Positions 45,651 through 59,034 are shown, numbered from the stretch's first letter. The stretch is 64,000 bases of DNA from Trichoplax adhaerens (GCF_000150275.1 NW_002060943.1:13036000-13099999); one strand, 5' to 3'. Made by a program: numbers and translations. The notes: generated from the sequence alone by a model not told the origin.

Positions 45651-47110
45651 TATAATCTCCAGTTTCTATATTTAATCTAGAGAGCAAGTTTAGAGGACAT
45701 ACACGTATAGGCAAAGTAAAGAGCAAAAGTATAGGACGCCAAGTATCACGAGCCAGGGCTCAACTAGTATTTAATAGCTATACACTGTACAGCGTACGTA
45801 TACACTTCTGTAGGCGATATTGAGGACGGAGCATGAAGGCTGGAAATTTGCACGACTCTCTTTCGATAATCTATTAAAACCCAACTATGTTATAGTTTAT
45901 TCTTAATAATTATTCTATATCGAGATTGATTCATGATGCAAAGATAGTGACTACAAATACGTTGTGAGGTTATTCAATCTGCTAAAATCTGCACTAACTA
46001 ATATATGAAATTTACGGTATTTAATCCGACTAATTAATACACTACAGAGCTTGTGTGCAACATACTGTCGTATATCGTATTTTTATCGTGTTTAGTTAAC
46101 TTATTCTATTTCTGTTGTAAGTAGTTGATCTCAAGAATTAAGCCGCATTATACCTTAATATATTATACTGTGATATGATTATAAAATAATATCGGTCAAT
46201 GACTACTTACATTAATAGTCTTTACGAGACTTGATGAACTCAATACTACGATACTGTATACTGTATGGCGGTAGTGAAATCATATGCATCCCATATATAC
46301 TGCATATTGGTTGCTGTCATGTTCTGTTTTGCGGTGATAATAATTATTAGTTTGATAGTTTTAATCGAATAAATGTTTTGATCGACCTTCGAGCAATTAT
46401 TGTACTCATTACGTCGCTAGGCTACAATTTGTGATACAGTCGTTAGTAGATCATAGCTACGGCATGGCTAGGATACTGGTTGAATCGACCGTATATGTAC
46501 CAGTGATTATTGACTAATAATAGAAATTTGCTTTTATATTTTATTCTGAAATCTAAAAATGAGCAAAATTTACTTCTTAATATTCGCAAAATATTCCCAA
46601 TGGAGCGGTGCTCACTACGTCGTATACTTGTAAATATACAGTGGTTTAAAGTTGTTAGTTGATAATGGATTCACTTTGAATTCAAGGCGAGACTCAGATA
46701 GAACTTCTCTCTATTAAAATATATTTCATTTATACTTATTTATTTTCTTTCAAATATCAATCAATTTATACAATATATTTATGAAACAACAACAAAGTGG
46801 AGTAATGAAAAGTGATTTACTGCTCAAAGCTCTTAGCTCAAAAAACCTACATTAGCTAAGAATTTAGTAGACGATGCAGATTAAATAAACAAATTAAGGC
46901 ACATTGCATAGTAGAATGGAGTACACGATAACGTATTATTCTGACATCCACTTCATACCTGCAGTATGCTACTACATCTCTTCATTAAAATAGGACATTT
47001 AATAAAGGCACGTTATGACTTATAGAATGGTCATTTACTACCGTATAATCGGCAACGAAAAATGAGATAGTCCAACGATGAATTTTTATGATAATCGACA
47101 ATGGCTGTTG

Positions 47111-47407
47111 CTACTTTAAATGAAGTAGTTGCTCTAATTTCGAGCTTTTTTATAGCATATTCTCGGTATGATCACAGTAGATATGCAATAAAAAAACGGG
47201 AAGAATTTTGCAATCAGCAACCCCATTCCAAAGCTTTCTTTCGATAAAATTTAAACTCTTTGTACTGAATGTTAATTTCAGATATTTCATCAGGATATTG
47301 CGTATGTGCCGCTGCATAAGCTAACAGTAAATCAACTGGGCCTGAAGTGGTTATTTTCTTTATCCAGTCGCTTATGGACAAAAGATTGCTAAAATTTCTG
47401 CATGTAT
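47111..47407 (-). pseudogene. C-terminal fragment of the GENACQIR family (copy B), sister of copy D
   Basis: Encodes ...SDWIKKITTSGPVDLLLAYAAAHTQYPDEISEINIQYKEFKFYRKKALEWGC... with in-frame stops. Its 3' flank matches the 3' flank of 57841-59034. Confidence 0.9.
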
Positions 47408-48953
47408 ACTAACCTTGATGAGCTTACGGAAAGAGCCATTTTACATATGTAATTAAACTAGGATTAAAGATAATCGTTCAATTGGCGTCAGTATTCTTGT
47501 CACCATTAGATTAACTTCAAATTCACTCTATCTAAACTAAATCAATCAATGCTAACGATAATCGTTTTCATGATTATTTCGATAGAGTAATTAGCATGCC
47601 TACATCATACAAGCGAAGCTTTTGAGTAATGTATTGAGCATACGTTCATATGATTAAGAACCGTCTCCGGCTTTCAGTGAATCTCTAAGATTTATTGTTG
47701 ATAGGACTCAATTATTACATACCCATTATGGACTGGCCGCAAAATATTTACGTGTACTGCCGCTAGTGTAGTGCAGAGTTAAGCACATTATATAGCGATC
47801 CAATCTTTAGTTAACGTTCTGTCTAATTTCCAGAATATGTCACGAGCGAAGGTATTGAGAAGGATTATATTCTCATCATATGAGCATCCTTATTAAGATA
47901 CGTTATTACTAACAACTTGTTAGTATAATAAAATTCATCAGTTACATCGTCATTCCTAGTCATTTTTACCATATATTGCATTGCATATAGGCTACTTAAA
48001 AAACAAGATATCATGACATAACGTCCTGCACTATACAGTGCAGAAGCCCATGGCTGCTTTATAATTTCTAGTTATTTAGGCACTGTAATGTGCTTTTAAT
48101 CAGTAACTAAAACTACAATTACTAATATGGCTCATTCTAGCGAAGACAAAGTAGAGAGTAGATCTACACAAAATTGTTACTTGATATCTATTTCGTTCGT
48201 GAAAATTTTATGATACTGCATGGTATTCAGTTCTTTTTGCGACATGAGCACGATGTGATGGCGGTATACAGGATAAACAGTACAGACTATACTGGAGTGG
48301 ATAGTGTACTAAAGAAAAACCGCGATGATATTAAATTCAGCCTGTAAGCCAAAAATCTGTACCTAAATAGGCAACTTATCAGAGTCATTAAAGTCTGAAT
48401 GGTCGTTCGTACCCTGACTTATGGATCGCTAGGAAAAAACTGATTTTATTCTAATATTCCATAGCTGGCTGTATGACTGCATTTTTGGGAAGGAGAATTT
48501 ATTAACTTCATTCTGCAGGTATTTTACACTTTGGCTTAGCAGATTTAACGAAACATTTTATTAATTGTAATTCTAAGCAAAGCATCATGAGTTGGAATCT
48601 ATCGCCGACTGAGTGACAGGACTGTATACTGAAAATAATATCAATTAGACAGTACAGTATCTGTGCAGGTTCGTCTAGCAACTGTAATTTTTACTCTTTT
48701 AGCTACTGTATTTACAGGTGTATCCTTTTTTAGGGTGCACTGGGAGTGAGAAAAGCAGGTAGAAAAAAAACTTGATAATAATATAGGGTCGGTATTTCAC
48801 TTAATAATTATGATTGAACAACGTCTTAGAATTCTGGACCCCCTACTGGAGTTCATGACGATACAACACTGCTAATTATATCTTTATAAACGAATGTAAA
48901 ACACAACATATGTTAATTTTGGGGATTTTTATTCGAGCTAGCTTTCAAATCCA

Positions 48954-50225
48954 ATGCCAGTAAGTGATTGTGTAGTACACATGATTTCAAACGAAATCAT
49001 GTATGAAAAGTATCCCCCATCTCTTTCAAACTGTCATAGAGATTTCCTCCTAAGTCAACTACTTCCGTACGATCCCAATGTTAAGAAAAATAAAAGATTG
49101 ATAGATGGTCTGAAAGAATATCTACTACTTACAGTTGCTGCGGAACAAGTTTTAGAACTTTCACGGAAGAATGACATTAACAAATTTGATCCACTTGTGG
49201 GAGAAAACGCCTGTCAAATTAGAGCTGTCGAGACCGCTCTTATCTTCTTCAAGCCCTCACAAGAAAACAGTACCGCTATTTTACCCAAGATACGTCAAAT
49301 TAAATTGAAATGTCAAAATCTGATTAAAGATGTCGGTCAACTAGCTAAAGAAGGATATTCTTTAGCCGATTTGTTACAAAGAGACAATATCGAAATCAAG
49401 TTAAACTTCGACGAAATTTATCTAATCCAATCTTATCTCCTTACAAAGGTGAAAATGCCTAGACCGCCAAAGGAAGAATATCCTCTCATCAAGAACGAGT
49501 ATACAGATACGAAAAAAATTAAAGAAATTAGCAGTGTGGGATCTATGTTTGCCGACAGATTAGTAAGCCATTTAAGAAAAAGTCTATCTGAGCTTTCAGT
49601 CCAGTTTGTTCAGGAGTTAACATATCAAATAGACTTGGATCAGAATATAAAGCGAATGATCTCGACAGACTATGTAGCAATGCATCGCAACCTTACATGC
49701 TTACCCTGCTTTTGGGTGATGAAAGTAATCATGAAAGCTGCGCTATTTTATAAGATTCCTATAGTTATGCACGTTCAGCTAAAGAGTAAAGATAGAAATT
49801 ATCAACTAGAGCACGAGATCTTCCTCTACTTCGAAGCTACTTCATTTGGATATAAGAGAGTATCCCCAACTTGCTCAAGAAAAGAGTCTCCAGCTATAAT
49901 TCTGCTAGGTAGTACATGCAGAGATTTTAATAAACTTCCATCAGTAAATGAGTGGATAGAAGAAATAGCTACATCAGGCCCTTTTGATTTACTGTTAGCT
50001 TATGCGGCAGCGCACAGACAGTATCCTAATGAAACATCGGAAAGAAAAATACGTCAAATGAATTTACAAGACGAAGAGTTTGAATTATATCAACACAACG
50101 CTTTTGAATATGGATGTAGCATGCAAAACTCCTCTAGATTTTTTTTATCGCATGCTTATTGCGATCGTATTGAGAATATTCTCCATCATACTCCGAAATT
50201 ACAACTAGAACTTGACTCAAAATAG
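48954..50225 (+). CDS. Intact intronless hypothetical protein, GENACQIR family (copy C, 423 aa; the start may instead be the Met at 48999)
   Basis: 1272-nt uninterrupted ORF in very AT-rich DNA, with strong full-length similarity to the other copies in the window. Confidence 0.9.
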   Translation: MPVSDCVVHMISNEIMYEKYPPSLSNCHRDFLLSQLLPYDPNVKKNKRLIDGLKEYLLLTVAAEQVLELSRKNDINKFDPLVGENACQIRAVETALIFFKPSQENSTAILPKIRQIKLKCQNLIKDVGQLAKEGYSLADLLQRDNIEIKLNFDEIYLIQSYLLTKVKMPRPPKEEYPLIKNEYTDTKKIKEISSVGSMFADRLVSHLRKSLSELSVQFVQELTYQIDLDQNIKRMISTDYVAMHRNLTCLPCFWVMKVIMKAALFYKIPIVMHVQLKSKDRNYQLEHEIFLYFEATSFGYKRVSPTCSRKESPAIILLGSTCRDFNKLPSVNEWIEEIATSGPFDLLLAYAAAHRQYPNETSERKIRQMNLQDEEFELYQHNAFEYGCSMQNSSRFFLSHAYCDRIENILHHTPKLQLELDSK

Positions 50226-53200
50226 TATAAGAATTGGTCGATTGCTATTAAGTTTAATATTTGGATTATTTTGTATTTAATCAACTAACTACGAATATTA
50301 CCGATTCGATATGCGAGTATATTGAAATTTCATAATGTTCTATTATGGTATAATATTAGAACAGTGAGGAGATAGTATATTGTAGCCGTTATGTACTCGT
50401 AAATACATATTAGAATAAATCTCATATAATATTGTACTCGTATTCTACTATATGGTAAGGATAAAATAAAGCGCTAACATCTACAATAATTCTTGTCTCT
50501 TGTCAATTACTTGGGCAGTACATATTAAGCAGTAAACTTTTTTAATTTCCGTTGTCCAGTTATTTCTTCAACAAATATTATATTCACTTAATCGAGTTTG
50601 AATGAGAATGAGTGAATAAATATAATGGAGATAAAATTTATGAATGAAATGATCGCAGAAAAATTCTCTAAAAAACAACAGGATAGCTTGAATCCCAAGG
50701 CGATAATTATCATCGGAACGGTAGCTAATGCGAAATATCTACCAGCAAAAATTTGCCAATAAGTTTGCCATACGATCAGCAAGGGGAAAATGATTTTTCC
50801 TTAGGTTAACAGTATCAACTTTTACAATAACTTAACATGTAATCCAAAAAGTATCCGAGAACAACATTGGTGTAATATATGTAATGCTGATCCTACCTCG
50901 GAAGTTTATCTTAAATCAGAGAGAGTCTGAAAGTGCGGCCTAAATCGAAGATTTATCACTTTAAAAGTAAATGATAGAAATCTGAATTAATACTAAAACA
51001 AATTCAAGGAAAAGTTTTATTCAAATTAGGGTTGCTTGATTTAGAATTACAGTGGCGATGTAAATAAGTTCAACTTGGTGTTTTTTTATTATTAATTCTC
51101 GTGCCTTGGATATAGCTTTCCTTACTTAAGCAATAGCAATCGTGCATTAAAACTGCAATCCTTAATTCATGTGGTGAGTTCACTTGCCTAGTAACCCTTG
51201 ATAAGCGATACCACACACTCTCTCTTAGCTCCTTTAGAATAATAACGTGCTTTTGAATTGGTAATTAAGTAACTTACATAATAAAGGCGGTACATAGCGA
51301 TGAATAGATTAGCTTGGTATGTCCTCATCTACATATAGGATAGTTCACTAGTTACAGTAATAAATTTTTTACGTCAACTTTAATAGCTAGAAGTTTGGGG
51401 AATGTAGCTAGGGTTAAAAAAAATGGAAGATTTTACTTAAAATGGAATAAAATTTACTCTAAATCGAAGATAGTGTAGATCGTTTTCTCAAAATTAAAAT
51501 CTTTATGTCTAGAAAGGTACCGGTATTATCGCTGTACTAAAAATATATTAACAGATTTGCTAGGGTCATGCAATTTATGGCAAGTAGCAGATTGCATTTC
51601 GTTACGCTTTTATACCTGGTACAGATACTAGAGCTTAATATTCTATAAATACTGTATAAAGACAGCTGCAAAGTAGAAATATCGCAGTTGGCAAAATAGG
51701 CTTGAAATGTAAGTATAACTATTTAATCGACATAACCAGTATGCTTGTTTGATATTCAGTTTTCAGACATATATTTCAACATAGAAATTATAACTGGTAA
51801 GATCTGGGTTGTAAAATTTATCCAACACTGTTTTTTGTTCATCTTTCGGAGTATGATGTAAAGATATTTAAGATAACTATACGATGGCGTTGATAACTAT
51901 AATATAGTTTAACTAAGCACCGTGTGGTACACGAGGTAGACTAAACTCTTTCGATTCCATCCAAAATGTCTTGTTTAAAGGAGAAATTGAAACATTCATG
52001 AATTATAGCCGCAATAGCAACTAAAATTGGCATAAATTGAAATAATAGAGCCTTGGTGCTTTACGTTTAGATTGATCAAAGACATACTAAATGAATTCGT
52101 CATAATACTAATCTCCGAGTATCGTCTAACAGGAAATGTTGCAGTACTTTTGTACCAACGGCAATTCTTATCGACAAAATATCGGTTAGCTGTTTTTTTT
52201 GTGAGAGTTTTAACCAGCGTAGAAGCGATCAAAGATTCATAGTCAACTAGAATTGTCCTAGAACTTAAAATTGAGCGAAAAAAAAACAAGAAGCAAATAA
52301 ACACTTTCATAGCAACGAAATCTACTTCACTAAATATAGCAACAACGCAACATTGAGAACGAGCTGCTTCACAATAATTGTTTTGGCTATAACATTTATT
52401 TTCTTGTTTTGTTATTACCGTAAAATTACTGATTATGCCCTCCTGCTAATATGCCTTACCTACATATGATGCAAGAACAACTTAATAAAATGATTAGCGG
52501 GGGGTGGGGGTGGGGGGTAGCAATCATAATAACAGTGCTTCTGATAATATCACAGCAAGCCAGCAAGCATCAAGGGTACATAATGGTCTGTTTACTAGCT
52601 CGAAAGGAAGAAATTAAATCATTGCAAGCTATTATGGATCTTACAATATTATACTTGCCCTTGCCTAACACGTGGAGAAGAAATTTACATTCATTTATTG
52701 AATTACCTATACTTGAAGGAAAAGTCTTAAAATTAAATAAAGAAATTTAATGATTAAGGATTCTATCGGGCTTTCGATGAATTATTTAAAATATTTTGTT
52801 AAGATAAGTAACCTACCGGTATATATTCTACTATAGTAAACCTAGCAATCTCAAAAATTACTTTAGCCAATACAGCTATTTACTATCGATTTAAATTTAT
52901 TGTATTACCAATCAATCATGAGTAGCGTTCTGTACAGTTACTTTTATATAAAATCCTGACCCGCCAATGAAAGGAGAAACAGAATGCGAACAGCTGCAAA
53001 AAGCAGTAACTTAGTTACATTTCCATGGCAAGATTGAAAAAATAATCCAGTACATTGACATTGACATATGTGACAATTTCGTAAGGTTTCACTTATATCT
53101 CTTCCAATATTTTTACATATAGGTAGTTCTATGCTGCAGCAAACCATTTTGGGGATCCATACGGTTTTAAAGACAGGTTATTACACGAGAGGATCTATTT

Positions 53201-55242
53201 ATGGCATCTGTAATGTAACTTAGTATTGTGATTGTAGACTGTTAGCCATGTGTAGTATAATGTACGGTAGATATTTATCCTAAGAGATAATTGGTAGCTA
53301 TAACTATAGACTGTAGTGGTTTAGACTCTATGCTAGAGTACAGATGACTATATACAGTAAGGTGTTGAGTTACTAATGAGGCTATAGGTAAAAATAGAAC
53401 TGTAAATCATATATTAGGATATGGTTAATTCATTGTACTTTGGCTGGTGTGAATAATGTCTACGTAAGTACTGTAGTCGTATCCATATTGGATTAATGAT
53501 GATCTGCAGTAGAATAGTCTTTCTAAGAGTAATTTAACTATGTGTAATATTAGGTAAAAGGTTGCCATGCGGATTGTAGCTGCGAATGCTACGAAAAGTA
53601 CAAAAGCATGCAACTTTAGATTATTCAGTTAGTTCTTTCTAGAAGTCTTTAGTAGTAGTATTCGGCTAGAGTGGAGCTATGTGTAGTTAATCTTTGTATA
53701 AGATTCAATAAAGCCATTATTTTTCTAAAATTTGGAATCTCGTGATTGGTATATATCACATTTGGCGCTGCGAGTACATCAAAGTAGTAATAATCATAGT
53801 TTACCAGGCAATAATATTCTATCACTTAACACATGCGTGGCATACAGAGATTTACGCTCCGAAAGTCAGCAGTATATATGTACATTAAATTAAAATTACA
53901 GTGATAACTCTGTTTATTGTAGATACTCTATAGTACTGATACTTGATTGATAATCTTATACAATACATTTAGTTAGTTTCTAACATATTTTTCTTTTAGA
54001 TGTCTCAATTTCTAATTATGCAGCATGTACTATTCTGAGAAAAACTTGACAATTTTTCCTTTTTTCCCATATTAATGATTCCTAGAAGGCGCGATGCACA
54101 CCGCATCCATGCCGAAATATGCATGCTAAGCAATAAAGGTAAAATTTCTCTTGACATCACGTTCATTAACCTAAGACAAGAAACAACTTTGTAAACATTT
54201 TTTATCAGTATATTTTAATCACAGATTAGCAAAATGATTCGTATAACGTATGTAGAGGTTACTGAAAAATTAATAGATTGTGATATGAAAAATAATTCAC
54301 TTAAATATCTTAGTAAAGCTGTAATGTCATTAGCTATTATGGGCGCTATGCAGATAGCATTGGCTGTATATTAGGCTATGCAATCTTTTAATATAAAGGA
54401 AATGGCAATTCTTAGCTGTTTGTCTTGATAAGATGTTTAGGTAAAGGGGAAGTGTCTTGTGATTTATATACTACCGCGTAGTACAACTTGAAACTAATAA
54501 TTAGAAAGCGCCTAAAGTTGCAGTAATCGTTCGTTCTATTTGAAAAATTACGATTAAATTGATTGTTACGGGGATAGTCTACTAGTTGCAATACTTCATG
54601 TATTTTCGATCTGATTTACGCAAATACTATAAAGAGCATAAATCTAGGATATCCCTGCCCTGCACACACATGTCATGTAGTAAGCATTCTTGCTAAATAT
54701 ATCGCATCTTTTATATTTATGTTTACGGGTTGTTAAAAATTGAGGTTTACAAGGAGAAAAATATACTAAAAGATCATATACTTGTATGTCTTAATGGCCG
54801 ATTTATTTGTATTCCATTCATGATACAAATAGTTTATTTATCCAGCTCGTTTCTTGACCGTCCAAAAAGCTGATAGCGAGGAATACAATTCTACTTTGGA
54901 TAACTACGATGTTTATTTTTGTACTACTTGTGATTAACGTCGGAAAAGACTAACAATTTGAGGTAGCCATAAAATTAGAAAGTGATGTCCAAATAAATTA
55001 GTCGCTGTACATTTATTGTACGTACTTGATTCTTTTTTTACCTTCATGAACGTTTAAAAAATATCTAGGAAGCATATACAGTAAGATAATATAGTTGTGA
55101 ATTTTCTTATAATGTCATGCTTCATATGCAATACGTTCTAATTCATTTGAACGGGTATTTAGCTAGTAATAGTACCGTAATAATTAATTAAAGGTATATG
55201 ACACAGTTTTGAATTACTTGCAAACACTGCACTTCAAACTAT

Positions 55243-55279
55243 TCTATTATTATTGTTATTATTATTATTATTATTATTA
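55243..55279. repeat. (ATT)n microsatellite
   Basis: Direct reading of the sequence. Confidence 0.85.
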
Positions 55280-57840
55280 AAGCATATCCAATCTTCTAGT
55301 TCACTTCAACGACACAATAGCAAGTAGAATTGGCCGTTGAGATATTATTAATTTTTTAGATATCGTTACTATTTTTATGATATAATTTTTAGTTGATTTT
55401 AAATTATTAATAAGTTGCACTTCCGTCCAAACTTTCACCATATTATTTACCGATATTTAGATCGAATAGTTTTAATTCAGTTGAATGTATGTAAGTATTT
55501 TCTGCCTATCAATACTCGGAGATAAATATTGTAATCTATATTTAATTGTGCCTATCTTGAAATAATCCTAGTCCTAGTAAAATAAATTGATATCATTCTA
55601 ATTGATGCCGAGTATTGATATCAGTGGCTATTGAATAATCATTCGTCGATGCCTCAATTTTTTTTAATTAAGAAGCTTTATTGTATTATAGTAAAGAGTG
55701 TTTACTGGATCTTAAATTCTAGACTAAATTTTCTTTTCGATATTGCTACCTTTACACACGAAAAAATAAAGGATAATGTTCTATAACGGTTTACAAACAA
55801 TATTTTAATCGTATTCATATGAAAGTTTGTGATCAATGATATTGCAGAGAACTTGTGTGGAATGGCAATCTAGACTATAATACCAATAGTTTAAGTTTAC
55901 AAGCTGAAATACTCGTTTTGGGGCATATGAATCATGGACGAATAACGAACGTATTAATCCGTTCACTGCTGCATACTGCGCTCACGCTGCAAATTAATTC
56001 AAGTAGATTATTCTTAGAGCAGTATTGTATGATATTGTCCATCAAGTGCAAAGAATTCGTTATATAATAATAAGATTGAATGTATAAAATAGACTATTGG
56101 CAGTAGGGAAGGTAATTTATGCGGACGATACCAAGCAAGAAATGTATTAAAAGGAAGTTCAATTGATTGACGATGCTGTGATAATCTGATTCTAGTAAAT
56201 CTTATTTAAATTCAAGATTAGCAAAATACACGAATTTTGTTCCGATTCTATCATATAATTGTGTTCAATAAAAGATTTTGCTTTATACTACAAATTAGGA
56301 TACCATCCAAATTTAATCGAAACTGCTAAACTGCAGGATGAACCTCATACCGATAAGTCAGACTAATTATAATCATGGGCGCGTTTGCTCTTGATATTTA
56401 TGGAGAAACATACGTACCGGTAAGCTGCACAGTAGATTTTAAGCAAGATATAAGAATGAATAACGTCATGGTAAATGATCTTCTTCTTGAAGATACGGCA
56501 AATCTTAAGAAAGCTGTAATTATCGTCGACCAAGCTTCAGCAATGAATTTTAACATGTTTCGAGTGAAATTTTGTCACAAACTGCAATACGGTCTCATAT
56601 GGAAGTAAGCTAAATCTAAGACAATTCAATCGATAAAATAAACTATTCCAGTTTAAGTTTTTCTTGAAGCAAATTCAATTTCGTAATGACAGACTTACTA
56701 AAAAAAAAATGCATTAAACTAGCAACGTGCTCTCACTGAGTACGGCATTCTACTCCAATTTGGTGCTGGGATGCACTACTGGATGCTCTCGTTGATATAA
56801 TATTTAGTGGTCCACGGTGCTAGTAGCTGTTCGGTGTCCGTGCCATTTCATTGCTTTCTTCAGCCTCAAACCATTAATTTACTTATAGAGATTGCCATGA
56901 ATTCTTCATTTACATTTACTTTCTTTCAAATACTGTGCTAATTAATTTGTACAATATATTTATGAAACAAACAACAAAGTGGAATAAAGAAAAAGTGGTT
57001 GCTCAAAACTCTAAGCATAAATAACTGACTGTGATGGAGGGTTCGAAGAGTCTGCGGATGTAGACTCCTCAGGCATTTCACAATAATGATACGAGGGCTT
57101 ATTAGAAAAAGAGATATTTATTGTAGAGAATAACTAAGTACAGTGTGGTAGCTAGTCGTAGATCAGTGCATAAGCTGTTATGAAGTAACGTGTGTAGAAT
57201 ACTAACACTAACAAGTGTAACTGCATTAATCTGAGGCAGAAATCATCAGTATTTAAGTTTTAGAGAGAGAACATATGCAGAGAAGAGGATTATAGAATTA
57301 GATACATCATATACCATAAACAGGCTATATAATAGTAAATGATTGTAGGAAATAGCAAAGACTGTAGGTGCTATAAATACCTAAACATGGCAAGCTATAT
57401 TTGAGCATAGTTGAAATAGACTATAGAACTAAATACCCTACATACTACGATACAAATATTTAACCTATACCACGAAGAGGTATGTATATTCAGAACATAA
57501 CAAAATATCTGTATTTAAGAACATATCTAAAAAACTACAGTGAAAACTAAATACACTACACTGATATTAGCTAAAAATTTCGTAGACAATATAGATTCAA
57601 TACGCAAGTCAATGCACAAGGCATGGTGGAAAAAAGTAAACGATAATATATAATTCTAAAATCCACCATATACCTGCAGTATGTACTACATTTTTTCATT
57701 AAAATAGGACATTTAATAAAGGCACGCTATGACTTACAGAATGGTCATACTACTGTATAATCGGCAATAAAAATATGAGGTAGTCTAACGATGAACTTTG
57801 TGATAGTCGACAAAGGCTCTTGTTACTTAGAATGAAGTTG

Positions 57841-59034
57841 TTATTCTAATTTCGAGCTTTCCTGCAGTATATTTTCAATATGATTACAGTATGCATGCGA
57901 TAAAAAAAAGCGCGAAGAATTTTGTATACAACAACCCCATTCTGAAGCTTTCTTTCGATAAAATTCAAACTCTTTGTCCTGAATATTGATTTCAGATGTT
58001 TCATCAGGATATTGCCTATGTGCTGCTGCATAAGCTAACAGTAAATCAACTGGGCCTGACGTGGTTATTTCCTTTGTCCAGTCGCTTATGGACGGAAGAT
58101 TGCTAAAATCTCTGCATGTACTACCTAGCAGAACAATTGCTGGAGATTCTTTTTGTAAGGAAGAAGGACAAACATTCTGATATTTTGACGAAGTCGCTTC
58201 AAAGTAGAGATAGATCTCATGTTCCAGCTGATAATTTCTATCTTTGCTCTTTAACTGAACGTGCATAACGATAGGAATACCAAAAGACAGCGCCGCTTCC
58301 GTGATTACTTTTGCCGTCCAAAAGCACGGTATGCACTTGAGCTTGCGATGCATTACTACAAAGTCTGCCGAGATCATTTGTTTTATACTCTCTTCCAATT
58401 CTAATTGATAGGCTAACTCCTGAACAAATTGCACTGAGTGTTCTGATAGATTCTGTCTTAATCGAGCTACTAGTTTATTAGCAAACGTAGATCCTACACT
58501 GCTAATTTCTTTGATTTTTTTGGTATCAGTATACTCGTTTTTGACGATGGGATTTTCTTGTCTTGGAGGCAAGACTATTTTCACCTTTGTAAGCAGGTAA
58601 GATTCAATTAGGAAAATTTCATCAAAGTTTAAGTTGAGTTCAATATTCTTTTCTTTTAGCAAATTGGATAAAGAAAATCCTTCTTTAATCACTCGCTCAA
58701 TATCTTGCAGCATGCTTAAGCATTGCAATTTAATTCGATTTATCTTGGATGAAAGGACTTGGTTATTCACTAACGGATGCTTAAGGAAGACAAGAGCAGT
58801 CTGAATTGCTCTAATTTGGCAAGCATTTTCTCCCACAAGCGGATCAAACTTATTGATATCATACTTACTCAGCATTTCCATAACATGTTCTGTAGCTATT
58901 ACAAGTACTAGATATTCTTTGAGGCCATTGATTAATCTCCTTTCTTTCTTAACATTAGGATCATAAGGAAGTAGTTGACTTAGATGGAAATCCCTTTGGC
59001 AATTGCAAAGGGATGGAGGAAGTTTCTTCAACAT
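57841..59034 (-). CDS. Intact intronless hypothetical protein, GENACQIR family (copy D, 397 aa from the ATG at 59034; the ORF track begins at a GTG at 59055)
   Basis: Uninterrupted ORF, roughly two-thirds identical by eye to copy C. The ATG of MLKKLPPSL aligns with MYEKYPPSL of copy C. Confidence 0.9.
   Translation of the reverse strand: MLKKLPPSLCNCQRDFHLSQLLPYDPNVKKERRLINGLKEYLVLVIATEHVMEMLSKYDINKFDPLVGENACQIRAIQTALVFLKHPLVNNQVLSSKINRIKLQCLSMLQDIERVIKEGFSLSNLLKEKNIELNLNFDEIFLIESYLLTKVKIVLPPRQENPIVKNEYTDTKKIKEISSVGSTFANKLVARLRQNLSEHSVQFVQELAYQLELEESIKQMISADFVVMHRKLKCIPCFWTAKVITEAALSFGIPIVMHVQLKSKDRNYQLEHEIYLYFEATSSKYQNVCPSSLQKESPAIVLLGSTCRDFSNLPSISDWTKEITTSGPVDLLLAYAAAHRQYPDETSEINIQDKEFEFYRKKASEWGCCIQNSSRFFLSHAYCNHIENILQESSKLE

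Noticed and set aside
48954-50225. Family interpreted as a transposase or other mobile-element ORF
   Set aside because: No DDE, reverse transcriptase, HUH or tyrosine-recombinase motif recognised, and no terminal inverted repeats or LTRs seen around the copies. Not fully excluded without a database search.
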